From an uncultured Clostridia bacterium (GTDB lineage Bacteria > Bacillota > Clostridia > Christensenellales > UBA1242), in assembly GCA_944372505.1 (NCBI GenBank), contig CALVZK010000001.1:129185-193184 (forward strand): a stretch of 64,000 bases of DNA, given 5' to 3'. The notes under the pieces are model-generated. The model saw nothing but the letters and a program-made list of their open reading frames with translations. It was not told the DNA's origin and made no database searches. The position numbers and the translations under genes were made by a program. Numbering within the stretch: the stretch's first letter is position 1; every line of letters starts with the position of its first letter. Positions 38,581 to 48,030 of the stretch are shown in pieces.

Positions 38581-38682
38581 ATTACCTCCTACGCTGATTA
38601 TTGCCAGTATTAGGTAGTTTATACATTAAAATATTTAGAAAATAAATATAATTAAAAGTTTTCGACATTTTTCATAATTAAT

Positions 38683-39141
38683 TTAATAACCAGTAAGAAT
38701 AATAGGATTTCCTATTAAAATATCATTATTTCTTACAACAACTTGAGTGTTAATTTTTTTTCCATCAATAAAAATGTTATCTTTGATATTTCCGTCATAA
38801 CCATAGAAAATTTTATAACCATTATTAAGATTTCCACCTTGATAGTAAAAATCTAAATTTTTTAAATATTTATTAACATCAAAACTTGGATTTAAATAGT
38901 ATACTATTCCATCAATATTATTCAACTCAATATTTTGATATACTTGGCTTTGGCTTTTATTAAATGAATAATAATATTGATTTCCATTTTTACATGAATA
39001 TTCTTTTAATTGTGGATAATATTTGGTAGATATGAAAGTAATCTTATCAAAATTTAAATTGTTATTATTTTCGTTTTTAGTATAATAAAAACCTATTATT
39101 AAAATGAACACTATCAATAAAAAAACAATTATTCTTTTCAT
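38683..39141 (-). CDS. hypothetical exported/membrane-anchored protein
   Basis: 152 aa with an N-terminal hydrophobic helix and a Tyr/Asn-rich ectodomain. No SD seen. Confidence 0.5.
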   Translation of the reverse strand: MKRIIVFLLIVFILIIGFYYTKNENNNNLNFDKITFISTKYYPQLKEYSCKNGNQYYYSFNKSQSQVYQNIELNNIDGIVYYLNPSFDVNKYLKNLDFYYQGGNLNNGYKIFYGYDGNIKDNIFIDGKKINTQVVVRNNDILIGNPIILTGY

Positions 39142-39202
39142 GTAAGAATAATTGCCACTATTATTACTTAATATTCAAATTCATTTGTCGAATAACAAGA
39201 TT

Positions 39203-39451
39203 TTAAATCACAAACATTAATACAAAACAAGCAATAGCACCAATAAAACAAATTGCACTAAACATTGCAAGTAAAATTGATTTTGCTTGATCATTTAACT
39301 TGTTTTTTGTTTTTTTTGAATTATTATCGTTATCTAAATTTTGATCATTGTTATTTTTTATATTAGGGTATGATTGAATATTGGGCATCGTATTCATTTT
39401 GGGTGGAATAGGAATATTCTTTTTTGGAGGTGTATTCATTTCATTATTCAT
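39203..39451 (-). CDS. hypothetical tail-anchored membrane protein with a Pro/Asn-rich N-terminus
   Basis: 82 aa. SD AAGGAG is present. N-terminus NTPPKKNIPIPPKMNTMPNI; C-terminal TM helix ILLAMFSAICFIGAIACFVLMFVI. Confidence 0.5.
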   Translation of the reverse strand: MNNEMNTPPKKNIPIPPKMNTMPNIQSYPNIKNNNDQNLDNDNNSKKTKNKLNDQAKSILLAMFSAICFIGAIACFVLMFVI

Positions 39452-39499
39452 AAAAACTCCTTATTGTATAACATTCAATATATAAATATTAAAACAACA

Positions 39500-40063
39500 T
39501 TAAATGTTTGTCAAATCATTTATAGGATTTATCCCCCATATTTTTTCTACATCTTGATCTAAATTTAATGCTTCAAATATAAAAGTCACTATATATTTTA
39601 CATCAGTTACATATGCTCCATCTTCATCAAACATTATTGAAGAACATAGTGCAACCTTATCACTACCTATTAGTTTATCATTAAAATAATAGTAGTCATC
39701 TTCTAAATTATAATTCCAATTAGATGTACTATTTATTTTCATTTTATAATATTGATTATTTGAAGTATAAACATAAACTTTGGCTCGTAAATATATTTCA
39801 TTTTCACCTGAATTTTTTACACTTATAATTTGTGGCAACTCAAAACCATTTAAATATGATCCATCAATATTGAAAGAAATAGCATTTGCCTGATCCCCTT
39901 TCACATCTACAGAAATACTTTTTCCTATTTCCATATCAGTCGTATAAGATAAATCATTTTTAAAATACCAACCAGAAATTCCTAAATAAATAGAAACACC
40001 TAAAAGAATTAAGAGTCCAAATGTGGCGAAAATCCAACCAAAATTAGATTTTGTTAACTTCAT
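39500..40063 (-). CDS. hypothetical secreted protein, possibly of the TasA/camelysin-like (SipW-type signal) fold
   Basis: N-terminal TM/signal followed by ISGWYFKND...EIGKSISV, later VKNSGENEIYLRAKVYVY and FIFEALN. These are reminiscent of SipW-dependent exported proteins. The assignment is weak and made by eye. Confidence 0.4.
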   Translation of the reverse strand: MKLTKSNFGWIFATFGLLILLGVSIYLGISGWYFKNDLSYTTDMEIGKSISVDVKGDQANAISFNIDGSYLNGFELPQIISVKNSGENEIYLRAKVYVYTSNNQYYKMKINSTSNWNYNLEDDYYYFNDKLIGSDKVALCSSIMFDEDGAYVTDVKYIVTFIFEALNLDQDVEKIWGINPINDLTNI

Positions 40064-40087
40064 ATAGAATATTTTGGTTTAAAAATG

Positions 40088-41602
40088 TTATAAATATTCT
40101 CTAATACTATTATTTTTTCTTTTAACAGTTCTTCTTCGCGCTCTTTCTGCTCTAAACTTATTAATCTGCTCTTGCTTAAAAACACGACTCTCTTCTGCTA
40201 AATTATTTTTAATGACTTCCCATTTGTATTTTTTATTTCCATAAGCAACGTCATATGATAAAATACAAATGCCCTGTAATAAATATATATAATATGAGAA
40301 AAATCTCCATACAAGTAATACATATACCAAATATTTAGTAGGTCCCATTACGGCGATGAAAGCCGCTGAAAAAGAAATTTCGTTTAATCCTGTTCCACCA
40401 GGCAAAGGAAAAAATGAGGAAGACAAATCAACTAAAACAGACATTACAAATAAATTAAGGAACATATCAGAAGAAACATTTGGCATAAATAATCTTGCTA
40501 CAAAGAAAGGTATAGAATAATTAAAGGATAACTTTAATAAACTGAAAAATAGCATTGCTAAAAAATCTTTAGGCGATTTTGCGTATTGTTTCATTACATC
40601 TTGAAAATCACTGATATATTTAGTTATTTTTTCATATTGTTTATCATAATTTTTAACTATTTTCATTTTTTGTAATAATCTTAAAATTTTAACTACAATT
40701 TTGCGTCCTAAACTTTTACAAACTGAAAGGAAAACTGTAATAAATAACATTATAGAAGATAAAACAAAGCCTAAAATACTAGTAACTGAAACAAAGGTAC
40801 CAAAGTTTTTATTTGTAAAAGAAACAATAAGGCATATAAAACTCAAAATAACCCAGGCTATCTGATTAAATACATATTTAGCAAGAGGAATCGATAAAGA
40901 AGTATGTAAAGGCATTCCCCTTTTTTTTAGGTAGCTAATTTGAAAAGGTTGCCCACCTGTTGACATTGGAGTAACTGCATCATAATATCTTCCTATCTCT
41001 GTTGTTTTATATGCTAAACCTAAATTCCATTTTCCAGTACTTTGTTTAATAAGGTAACTTATACACATAGTTTCTGCAAAAACTGTCAACCCAAAAAAAA
41101 CAATGCTTAAAACAAAAGAACCAGCATCAATTCTAAAATTTTCAATAGGCGTAAATTCTTCTTTTAAAAGTTGGTAAGTCAAAATTCCCGCTACAATAAA
41201 AATATTCAGTATAAAAAAAGATAAATTTAAAATTTTGCTTTTCTTACTACTATGTTTTGATACTGACTGTTCAATCTCATCTAATTTTTTTCTTTGATTT
41301 TCTATAGAATCTAAGTTTTCTTGCAAAGTTTTATTTTTAGGCAGTTCTAAAAGTTTATAAATTAAAGAACTTTTAAATGTCAAGTTCCTTGAAAATTTAT
41401 GTTTAGATTTTAAAATGTAGCTTTCATTTTTCACATTATTATTTTGAACTATTTTATTATTTTTATATATTTCATCTTTGACTGATTCTTCTTCATTTCT
41501 ACTTATAGAATAATCGTTAACCAAAAAATCATCAATGCTTGTTTGCATCAATTGAGAATCTTTATCAAGTTTCTTTTTCGATTTATCCTTATAATCAGCC
41601 AT
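40088..41602 (-). CDS. flippase-like membrane protein (LPG-synthase TM / UPF0104 family) with an N-terminal cytoplasmic extension of about 130 aa
   Basis: Multiple TM helices. TPMSTGGQPFQISYLKKRG and a second PLPGGTGLNE motif are typical of the family. Confidence 0.7.
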   Translation of the reverse strand: MADYKDKSKKKLDKDSQLMQTSIDDFLVNDYSISRNEEESVKDEIYKNNKIVQNNNVKNESYILKSKHKFSRNLTFKSSLIYKLLELPKNKTLQENLDSIENQRKKLDEIEQSVSKHSSKKSKILNLSFFILNIFIVAGILTYQLLKEEFTPIENFRIDAGSFVLSIVFFGLTVFAETMCISYLIKQSTGKWNLGLAYKTTEIGRYYDAVTPMSTGGQPFQISYLKKRGMPLHTSLSIPLAKYVFNQIAWVILSFICLIVSFTNKNFGTFVSVTSILGFVLSSIMLFITVFLSVCKSLGRKIVVKILRLLQKMKIVKNYDKQYEKITKYISDFQDVMKQYAKSPKDFLAMLFFSLLKLSFNYSIPFFVARLFMPNVSSDMFLNLFVMSVLVDLSSSFFPLPGGTGLNEISFSAAFIAVMGPTKYLVYVLLVWRFFSYYIYLLQGICILSYDVAYGNKKYKWEVIKNNLAEESRVFKQEQINKFRAERARRRTVKRKNNSIREYL

Positions 41603-41608
41603 GATGTA

Positions 41609-41638
41609 ATTCTAACAAAAAAAGACACTACTTGTCAA
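41609..41638 (-). promoter_or_regulatory. sigma-A promoter abutting the flippase-like gene
   Basis: Minus strand: TTGACA (41638-41633), 18 nt, TGT-extended TAGAAT (41614-41609), 6 nt, ATG at 41602. No SD. Confidence 0.6.
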
Positions 41639-41655
41639 GGTAAGAAAGTGTCTTT
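41617..41655 (-). terminator. terminator after the PrsA-like gene whose loop carries the next promoter's -35
   Basis: AAAGACAC (41655-41648), ~19-nt loop, GTGTCTTT (41628-41621), then a T-run. Confidence 0.55.
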
Positions 41656-41662
41656 TATAAAA

Positions 41663-43393
41663 TTACCCCATTAAATCATCTAGCCTAGCTTGATATTCCT
41701 CTATTGAATATTCTTGGCGTAAATAATTCATATTTATATTTTCAAAATAAGTGTAATTATCAACATAAATTTCATCATAAATAACGTCAAAATAAGTTTT
41801 ATCAACAAGTATATTAACTCTTGTATCATATAATTTTTCTAAAGCTTGTTCATCGCTAACATTTAAGCTATCAAATAAATTTTTACATTCTCCAGTGTAT
41901 ATTAAAACATGTATACCATATTCAGATCTAACAAGTCCAGAAATATCACCAATTTGTCCATTTCCATTATTGTAAAGTTCGATAGCAGCGTTATTGAATG
42001 ATTCAACAAAACTCGAAACCACTTCTCCAGCACTATTTATTCCTATAACATAATTATTTGTGGCATTAAACATACCCGTGTCTTCGTTATATTGATAAAT
42101 AAAATCATTTATAGTATCACCAATATAATTAACGTTATTAGTTGCTTTTGCAGAAGATAATGCACTTGACATTTTATTATAAACATACGATACTGAATAA
42201 TTGCTATTATCTACTTCTTCATATACACCTGTATTCTCATTTAAAACTCTAACAACAGGAATAATTTGAGAGTATAATGCATCAATTTTTTGATTTATTT
42301 GTTCTGTAGTCAATCCCCCATCGTCACTACTTAAAGAAGTTAAACGATCATATTCAGCTTGTTGCTCATCAGTAAACTTAAATAAAACATTTGCAACAGT
42401 AAAAAATTTAGTACTATCTTTATCATCTTTAAAATAATATACTTCATTTAAAGAATTTTGAACATCTTCATCGTAACTACTATCACCCTCTAAAACGTAT
42501 TGAGTATAGTCTGCACGAACTTTACTAGAATACATATTTAAAATATCACTTGTAGAAATAGACGAAATTTCATCTGAATTTTTATTTGAGTAAGAGTATT
42601 TTGTAATCATATAATTTTCATATGCAAGTTTATATAATCTTTGAATCTCTCTATCAAATAGTGATGGCGTATCAGTAGATAAATTTTGTCCATATTCACT
42701 TAAACGCAATGTCCTTGCATAATCCAAAAATGCTTTTTGATAATCTTCGTTTGACCCAAGAACAAAAGCTCTAAAATTTTCGTAGATTGCATTATAATCA
42801 TCACTATCAAAAAAATTCTTTGGATTTGAAGAATCAAATTTATAATCTGCTAAAGGATCCAATACTGCATTTGTTTTTTTAATAACGTATGACCCATTTT
42901 GAAATTCTAAAGTCGCAGTTTTATCATATCCATTAAAAGTGATATCATCACTAGTTTCTTCCTCAGCAGTCTCTCCTATAATATCGTTATAATAAACATC
43001 AAGATTACTTTTTAAAGAATCAACAACCTGATCGTAAAGATAAGTTTGCTCCTCTTCTGTTAAACCATTTTTCCCATTTTCAGAAACATTGAATTTGTTT
43101 TCTGATTCTAGTAAAGTTATTTTTCTATTTTCAAGCATACTTAAAGTTAATTGCAAAGCTTGTTTTCTTGTATAACCATATGATTGTTCATACATATATC
43201 CATAACTTTGATAGCCTTCAACAACTTCTCTTTTTGTTACTTCAATACTTTTACCTGTTTCCTTGTGAGTAATTATAGCAATTGTTTGAGAATAATATTT
43301 AGAATAATCTCTTTCAACTAAAGAACACCCTGCAAGTAAACTCATGCAAAGCATCATTAAACACATTAAAATACCAGCAAATCTTTTCTTCAT
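41663..43393 (-). CDS. PrsA/SurA-like peptidyl-prolyl isomerase lipoprotein
   Basis: Lipobox LLAGCS. C-terminal parvulin-type region is ...GLVRSEYGIHVLIYTGE. It sits directly after mfd, as prsA does in Clostridia. Confidence 0.7.
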   Translation of the reverse strand: MKKRFAGILMCLMMLCMSLLAGCSLVERDYSKYYSQTIAIITHKETGKSIEVTKREVVEGYQSYGYMYEQSYGYTRKQALQLTLSMLENRKITLLESENKFNVSENGKNGLTEEEQTYLYDQVVDSLKSNLDVYYNDIIGETAEEETSDDITFNGYDKTATLEFQNGSYVIKKTNAVLDPLADYKFDSSNPKNFFDSDDYNAIYENFRAFVLGSNEDYQKAFLDYARTLRLSEYGQNLSTDTPSLFDREIQRLYKLAYENYMITKYSYSNKNSDEISSISTSDILNMYSSKVRADYTQYVLEGDSSYDEDVQNSLNEVYYFKDDKDSTKFFTVANVLFKFTDEQQAEYDRLTSLSSDDGGLTTEQINQKIDALYSQIIPVVRVLNENTGVYEEVDNSNYSVSYVYNKMSSALSSAKATNNVNYIGDTINDFIYQYNEDTGMFNATNNYVIGINSAGEVVSSFVESFNNAAIELYNNGNGQIGDISGLVRSEYGIHVLIYTGECKNLFDSLNVSDEQALEKLYDTRVNILVDKTYFDVIYDEIYVDNYTYFENINMNYLRQEYSIEEYQARLDDLMG

Positions 43394-43536
43394 TTTTTCT
43401 CCGCTTTATAATTATAGACAAAATTAATAATATTAAAAATAAAAATTTCACATATATCCCAATATACTTTTACATTTTAGCATAAATGTTAAAAATTTTG
43501 CAACTAAAATAAGAAATTTTAAAGTTGAAATTATTT

Positions 43537-46500
43537 TTATTTAACTAATGATTTACTTATAAAAGAAATTAGTTTATTTAATTTAGCTTCTACCGTTTCA
43601 TTGCCCTCAAATTTTATGGAAATATCTTTTTCAAAACTTAATCTTGCAGAAAAATCATTTAAATTATCTGCAAGTTCATTTTCAATTATTTCATCATTTC
43701 TTTTTAATATTATTTTACATTCAGTTTTGTTAATTCTAATTTTTTCAATTTCAAAATAAGAGGCAATATTTCTCAAATAAGCTATTTTACAAAGATTGAC
43801 GACTTCTTTAGGAACTTTACCAAAAGCATCTTCCAAAGATTGACATAAACTTGTTAAATCACTTTGTTTTTCAATTTCACTAATTTTCGAATAAATATTA
43901 ATTCTTTCTTCAACATCTTCAATATAATCTTCACTTATAAAAGCACTTAAAGAAATTTCCATTTTGACATCATTCTTTTTCCTTATCTTTTCACCTTTTA
44001 TAATGCTTGTCTCTTCTTCTAACAATTTCATATACATATCATATCCAACTTTAGCAATATGCCCATGTTGTTCCCTACCAAAGATATTCCCAGCTCCCCT
44101 AATTTCTAAATCTCTAATTGCAATTTTAAATCCACTCCCAAGTTGACTAAATTCTTTCATGGCCTCTAAACGCTTATATGCTTCATCAGTTAATTTTTTA
44201 TCTTTGACATAAGTTAAGTACGCATAAGCTAATTTATCACTCCTTCCAATTCTTCCCCGAAGTTGATAAAGTTGACTAAGACCCAACTTATCAGAATCAA
44301 TAATTATCATTGTGTTTGCCGAAGGTAAATCAATACCATTTTCTATTAAAGTAGTCGAAATAAATATATTGTACTCTCCATCATATAATCTATCAATAAT
44401 AGATTCCAAATGCCTTTCCTGCATTTGACCATGAGCAACAGCAACTTTAGCATTAGGGAGAAGTGCTCTAATGTGAGATGCGAATTCATCAATAAATTCA
44501 ACTCTATTAAAGATTATAAAAATTTGTCCTTTTCTATTAAGTTCTCTCAAACATACATCTTTAATTAATTGATCACTTTGCATGCATATATAAGTCTGAA
44601 TAGGTAATCTATCTTTGGGCGGTGTTTCAATAACAGAAATATCTCTTATCCCTGTAAGCGACATATTTAAAGTTCTAGGTATAGGAGTTGCTGACAAAGT
44701 TAAGACATCAATATTTCTTTTTTGATCCTTTATTTTTTCCTTGTGTTCAACACCAAATCGTTGTTCTTCATCTAAAATCAACAACCCTAAATCTTTAAAT
44801 TTTACATCTTTATTAAGAACACGATGTGTACCTACTAATAAATCAATTTCTCCTTTTTCTAATCTTGACAATATGTCTTTAACTTCAGACAGAGATTTAA
44901 ATCGATTTAAAACATCAACCTTTATCCCAAAAGGCTCCAATCTTTCTTTTGCTGTTCTGTAGTGCTGTTGAGATAAAATTGTAGTAGGACAAAGAAGACA
45001 AACCTGTTTGCCATTATAGATAGATTTAAAACAAGCCCTTAAAGCAACCTCTGTTTTGCCATACCCAACATCACCACAAATTAATCTATCCATGACTTTT
45101 CCATTTTCCATATCATCATCTATATCTTTTATAGCTTTTAATTGGTCTATGGTTTCTTGATAGCCAAAAGCAGAAGCAAATTGTTGTTCTAAGAAATCAT
45201 CTCGTTTAAATTTAAAACCTTTTAATTGTTGGCGTTCTTTATAAATTTCTATCAAACTTATAGCCATTTGTTTTATAGAAGCTCTCGCCCTTGATTTTAA
45301 TTTTGCAAATTCTGCTCCACCAAGAGATGAAAGTTTTGGTTGTTCATCACTGCCAACATAGGCGGATAAAGAATTTGCTTCTTCACTAGGTAGATAAAGA
45401 ATATCCCCATTTTTGTATTCTATTACAAAATAATCTTTTTCTATATCGCTTATTTTTAATCTTTCAATTTTTATACACTTACCAATACCATGAAATGAAT
45501 GAACAACATAATCGCCTAATTTAGGTAAATAAAACACATTATGTTTCCCTTTTGTAAATCCTTCACGATTTCTAAAGAGACTATCACAACCTATGCCTAT
45601 TATACCTTCTTTCAAAAATGAAAATGAATAAGGCATAAAACATTCACTAATATAGATATTTCTTTTTTTTAAATCAATTAATCCATCAAAATAAGAAATT
45701 CCATTTTCTGATAAAAACTGTTTTAGATTGGTAGCATTTTTTTCATTTCCTGCAAAAAGAATAATTGACTGATTTAAATTTTTAAAATCTTGAATATCAG
45801 TTTTTAAAGACATAAAATCTGTTAAGTATGATCTTTGTGCAATCATTTCATTGAAATAATCAGGTTTGGTCAATTGAAAATTATCAAAAATATGATCCAC
45901 GTTATTTTTTAAATTATTAAATTTTTCATAAAAATTTTCATTAAAAGAAGACATTGTCTTATAGCTTTGTATAAGAAGATCAATTTCTTCTTCTATTTTT
46001 TTAGGTTCATCAATTATTTTCGTTCCTTTAATATCAAGAACATTATTATCGCCTAATGGAAGTTTTGAAGGATATATATAGATAGAACTCAATTTCCCAG
46101 TATTTTTCATTGTTGAAATATCAAATTCGTAAATGTTTTCAACCAGATCATCAAAAAGTTCTATTCTTATTGGTTTATTTGATGAGGAACAAAAAATATC
46201 AATTATTTCTCCCCTCACAGCAAATTGTCCTTGTGTTGAAACAAAAGATGTTCTTTCATATCCAAGAGAAACAAGTCTTTCAATTAAACTTCTTAAATCC
46301 AATGTTTGATTTGAATTTAAAATAATAGGATTGAAACTTTCAATATTAAATTTAATTATCATTGAACAAGGCAAAAATATTAAAACGTCTAATTTATTAT
46401 CTAAATATTTAGTAATACCCTCAATAAATGGTAATAAGTTTTTATCTTCCTCATCATTATTTTCTCGCGAAACGGAAATAATTTCCACTCTTTTTCCTAA

Positions 46501-46659
46501 GCCTTCAAGCCCTCTTTTTAATTTGCCAGCACTAACAAAATTATTAGACAAAAAAATCAGGCGATCATATTGAGCACAAAGCATTATTTTTTCGCCATCA
46601 TTTAATCCCGATATTGTTCTATTATTCAAAACATTTATTAAATTATTAATATTTGCCAA
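43537..46659 (-). CDS. mfd: transcription-repair coupling factor
   Basis: 1040 aa. CarD/RNAP-interaction region (GDYVVHSFHGIGK), helicase motifs GDVGYGKTEVA, DEEQRFGV, SATPIPRT, QLRGRIGRS, and the TRG motif region. Confidence 0.95.
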   Translation of the reverse strand: MANINNLINVLNNRTISGLNDGEKIMLCAQYDRLIFLSNNFVSAGKLKRGLEGLGKRVEIISVSRENNDEEDKNLLPFIEGITKYLDNKLDVLIFLPCSMIIKFNIESFNPIILNSNQTLDLRSLIERLVSLGYERTSFVSTQGQFAVRGEIIDIFCSSSNKPIRIELFDDLVENIYEFDISTMKNTGKLSSIYIYPSKLPLGDNNVLDIKGTKIIDEPKKIEEEIDLLIQSYKTMSSFNENFYEKFNNLKNNVDHIFDNFQLTKPDYFNEMIAQRSYLTDFMSLKTDIQDFKNLNQSIILFAGNEKNATNLKQFLSENGISYFDGLIDLKKRNIYISECFMPYSFSFLKEGIIGIGCDSLFRNREGFTKGKHNVFYLPKLGDYVVHSFHGIGKCIKIERLKISDIEKDYFVIEYKNGDILYLPSEEANSLSAYVGSDEQPKLSSLGGAEFAKLKSRARASIKQMAISLIEIYKERQQLKGFKFKRDDFLEQQFASAFGYQETIDQLKAIKDIDDDMENGKVMDRLICGDVGYGKTEVALRACFKSIYNGKQVCLLCPTTILSQQHYRTAKERLEPFGIKVDVLNRFKSLSEVKDILSRLEKGEIDLLVGTHRVLNKDVKFKDLGLLILDEEQRFGVEHKEKIKDQKRNIDVLTLSATPIPRTLNMSLTGIRDISVIETPPKDRLPIQTYICMQSDQLIKDVCLRELNRKGQIFIIFNRVEFIDEFASHIRALLPNAKVAVAHGQMQERHLESIIDRLYDGEYNIFISTTLIENGIDLPSANTMIIIDSDKLGLSQLYQLRGRIGRSDKLAYAYLTYVKDKKLTDEAYKRLEAMKEFSQLGSGFKIAIRDLEIRGAGNIFGREQHGHIAKVGYDMYMKLLEEETSIIKGEKIRKKNDVKMEISLSAFISEDYIEDVEERINIYSKISEIEKQSDLTSLCQSLEDAFGKVPKEVVNLCKIAYLRNIASYFEIEKIRINKTECKIILKRNDEIIENELADNLNDFSARLSFEKDISIKFEGNETVEAKLNKLISFISKSLVK

Positions 46660-47170
46660 ACAATTTCTCCTCTATAAGTTTGCATGCTTCATTTATAGCA
46701 CTTTGAAATATCAAATTATCTTCACTACTTATATTTGATAAAACGTAATCAGCTAAATCACGTTTTTCGTCACGACCAATTCCTATTCTAACCCTTTCAA
46801 AATTCTCTCCAATATAGAAAACTATAGATCTTAGACCATTGTGCGTCCCACTTTTTCCTTTTTCTCTGTACCTAATCTTACCTTTTTCCAGATCTATATC
46901 ATCAACTACTACAATAATCCTAGCGTCTTTATATTTTTGTTTTAAAAGAACAACACATTCCCCGCTATTATTCATATAAGTCGTAGGTTTGACAAGCATT
47001 AATTGTTGTCCATTTACAAAGCCCTTTCCAATTAAAGCCTTATATTTTTTTTTATCTAATTCTATCCCCCAGTCTTGAGAAAGCTTATCGATAACTTTAA
47101 ATCCGAGATTATGGTAAGTATTGCTATATTGAATTCCAATATTTCCTAGTCCAACAATAATGTTCATCAT
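46646..47170 (-). CDS. pth: peptidyl-tRNA hydrolase
   Basis: Contains IVGLGNIG..YSNTYHNLGF, TYMNNSG and GTHNGLRS. It overlaps both neighbouring genes. Confidence 0.93.
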   Translation of the reverse strand: MMNIIVGLGNIGIQYSNTYHNLGFKVIDKLSQDWGIELDKKKYKALIGKGFVNGQQLMLVKPTTYMNNSGECVVLLKQKYKDARIIVVVDDIDLEKGKIRYREKGKSGTHNGLRSIVFYIGENFERVRIGIGRDEKRDLADYVLSNISSEDNLIFQSAINEACKLIEEKLFGKY

Positions 47171-48024
47171 AACTCCTCATTTATAATTTTACTAAATGGT
47201 TGAATTATAGAAGCATTTGTGATTTTGCTATTTTCAATGTAACTGGATTTTATTATTCCAGAAGAAACAATGCTATCCTTTATAACATTTCCACTCTCTA
47301 ATATAACGCCTTTTTCAATAATAGATTGCCCTTTTAAGATATTATTTGGATAAATTATAACTCCACTTTCAATTTCTACATCTGCATCGATATAAATATT
47401 ATTTTGTCCAAAAATTATAACCCCATTTTTAATGTGATAATTTAAAATTTTATTATATAAGATATTGCTTACATAATTTAATTCTTTAGCATTATCAACT
47501 ACCAATAAATTTTTATCTTCATATAAATTAACACCTTGAGCAAAATAATAATTATTTTTCAAAAAATCCGTTTTGACAATAAATCCACGACTTAATTGTA
47601 AAAAATTCATATTACGTGAAGAGAAATAATCACATATTTTGTTAAATGTTATTTTATCTAAAAGAGGAGTATCACTGTAAAAAACTGCAATAATTGGTTT
47701 GTTAATACTTAAAGATCTTATAGAACTAAAAATATCTTCACTATCAATTATAACCTTTTGCTCACAATCACTACCCGCCATCAAAACCCAATCAATCATT
47801 TTTTTACCGCAAAGATTTAAATTTGAAAAATCTTTAACAATTTCATCACGATTAACCTTGACTACTATAAATAGTACTTCTTCTTTTATCCATTCATAAT
47901 TTTTTGCTTTGATAAAAGTTTGAGGTAATGATGAACTTTCTTCCTCAATATTATTTTCAATTTCTTCAAAATCAAACTTTAGTTGATTTTCTGCAATTAA
48001 TAATTCAACATCTTCTTTTTCCAT
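47167..48024 (-). CDS. GlmU-like protein with a degenerate nucleotidyltransferase site and a truncated LbH domain
   Basis: Collinear with the GlmU N-domain (LCGKKMIDWV, YSDTPLL, VDNAKELNYV..ILNYHIKNGVII) plus about 6 hexapeptide turns. The LAAGxGTRM loop reads VVKVNRDEI, and the protein ends at 285 aa. Confidence 0.6.
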   Translation of the reverse strand: MEKEDVELLIAENQLKFDFEEIENNIEEESSSLPQTFIKAKNYEWIKEEVLFIVVKVNRDEIVKDFSNLNLCGKKMIDWVLMAGSDCEQKVIIDSEDIFSSIRSLSINKPIIAVFYSDTPLLDKITFNKICDYFSSRNMNFLQLSRGFIVKTDFLKNNYYFAQGVNLYEDKNLLVVDNAKELNYVSNILYNKILNYHIKNGVIIFGQNNIYIDADVEIESGVIIYPNNILKGQSIIEKGVILESGNVIKDSIVSSGIIKSSYIENSKITNASIIQPFSKIINEEL

Positions 48025-48030
48025 GAGAAA

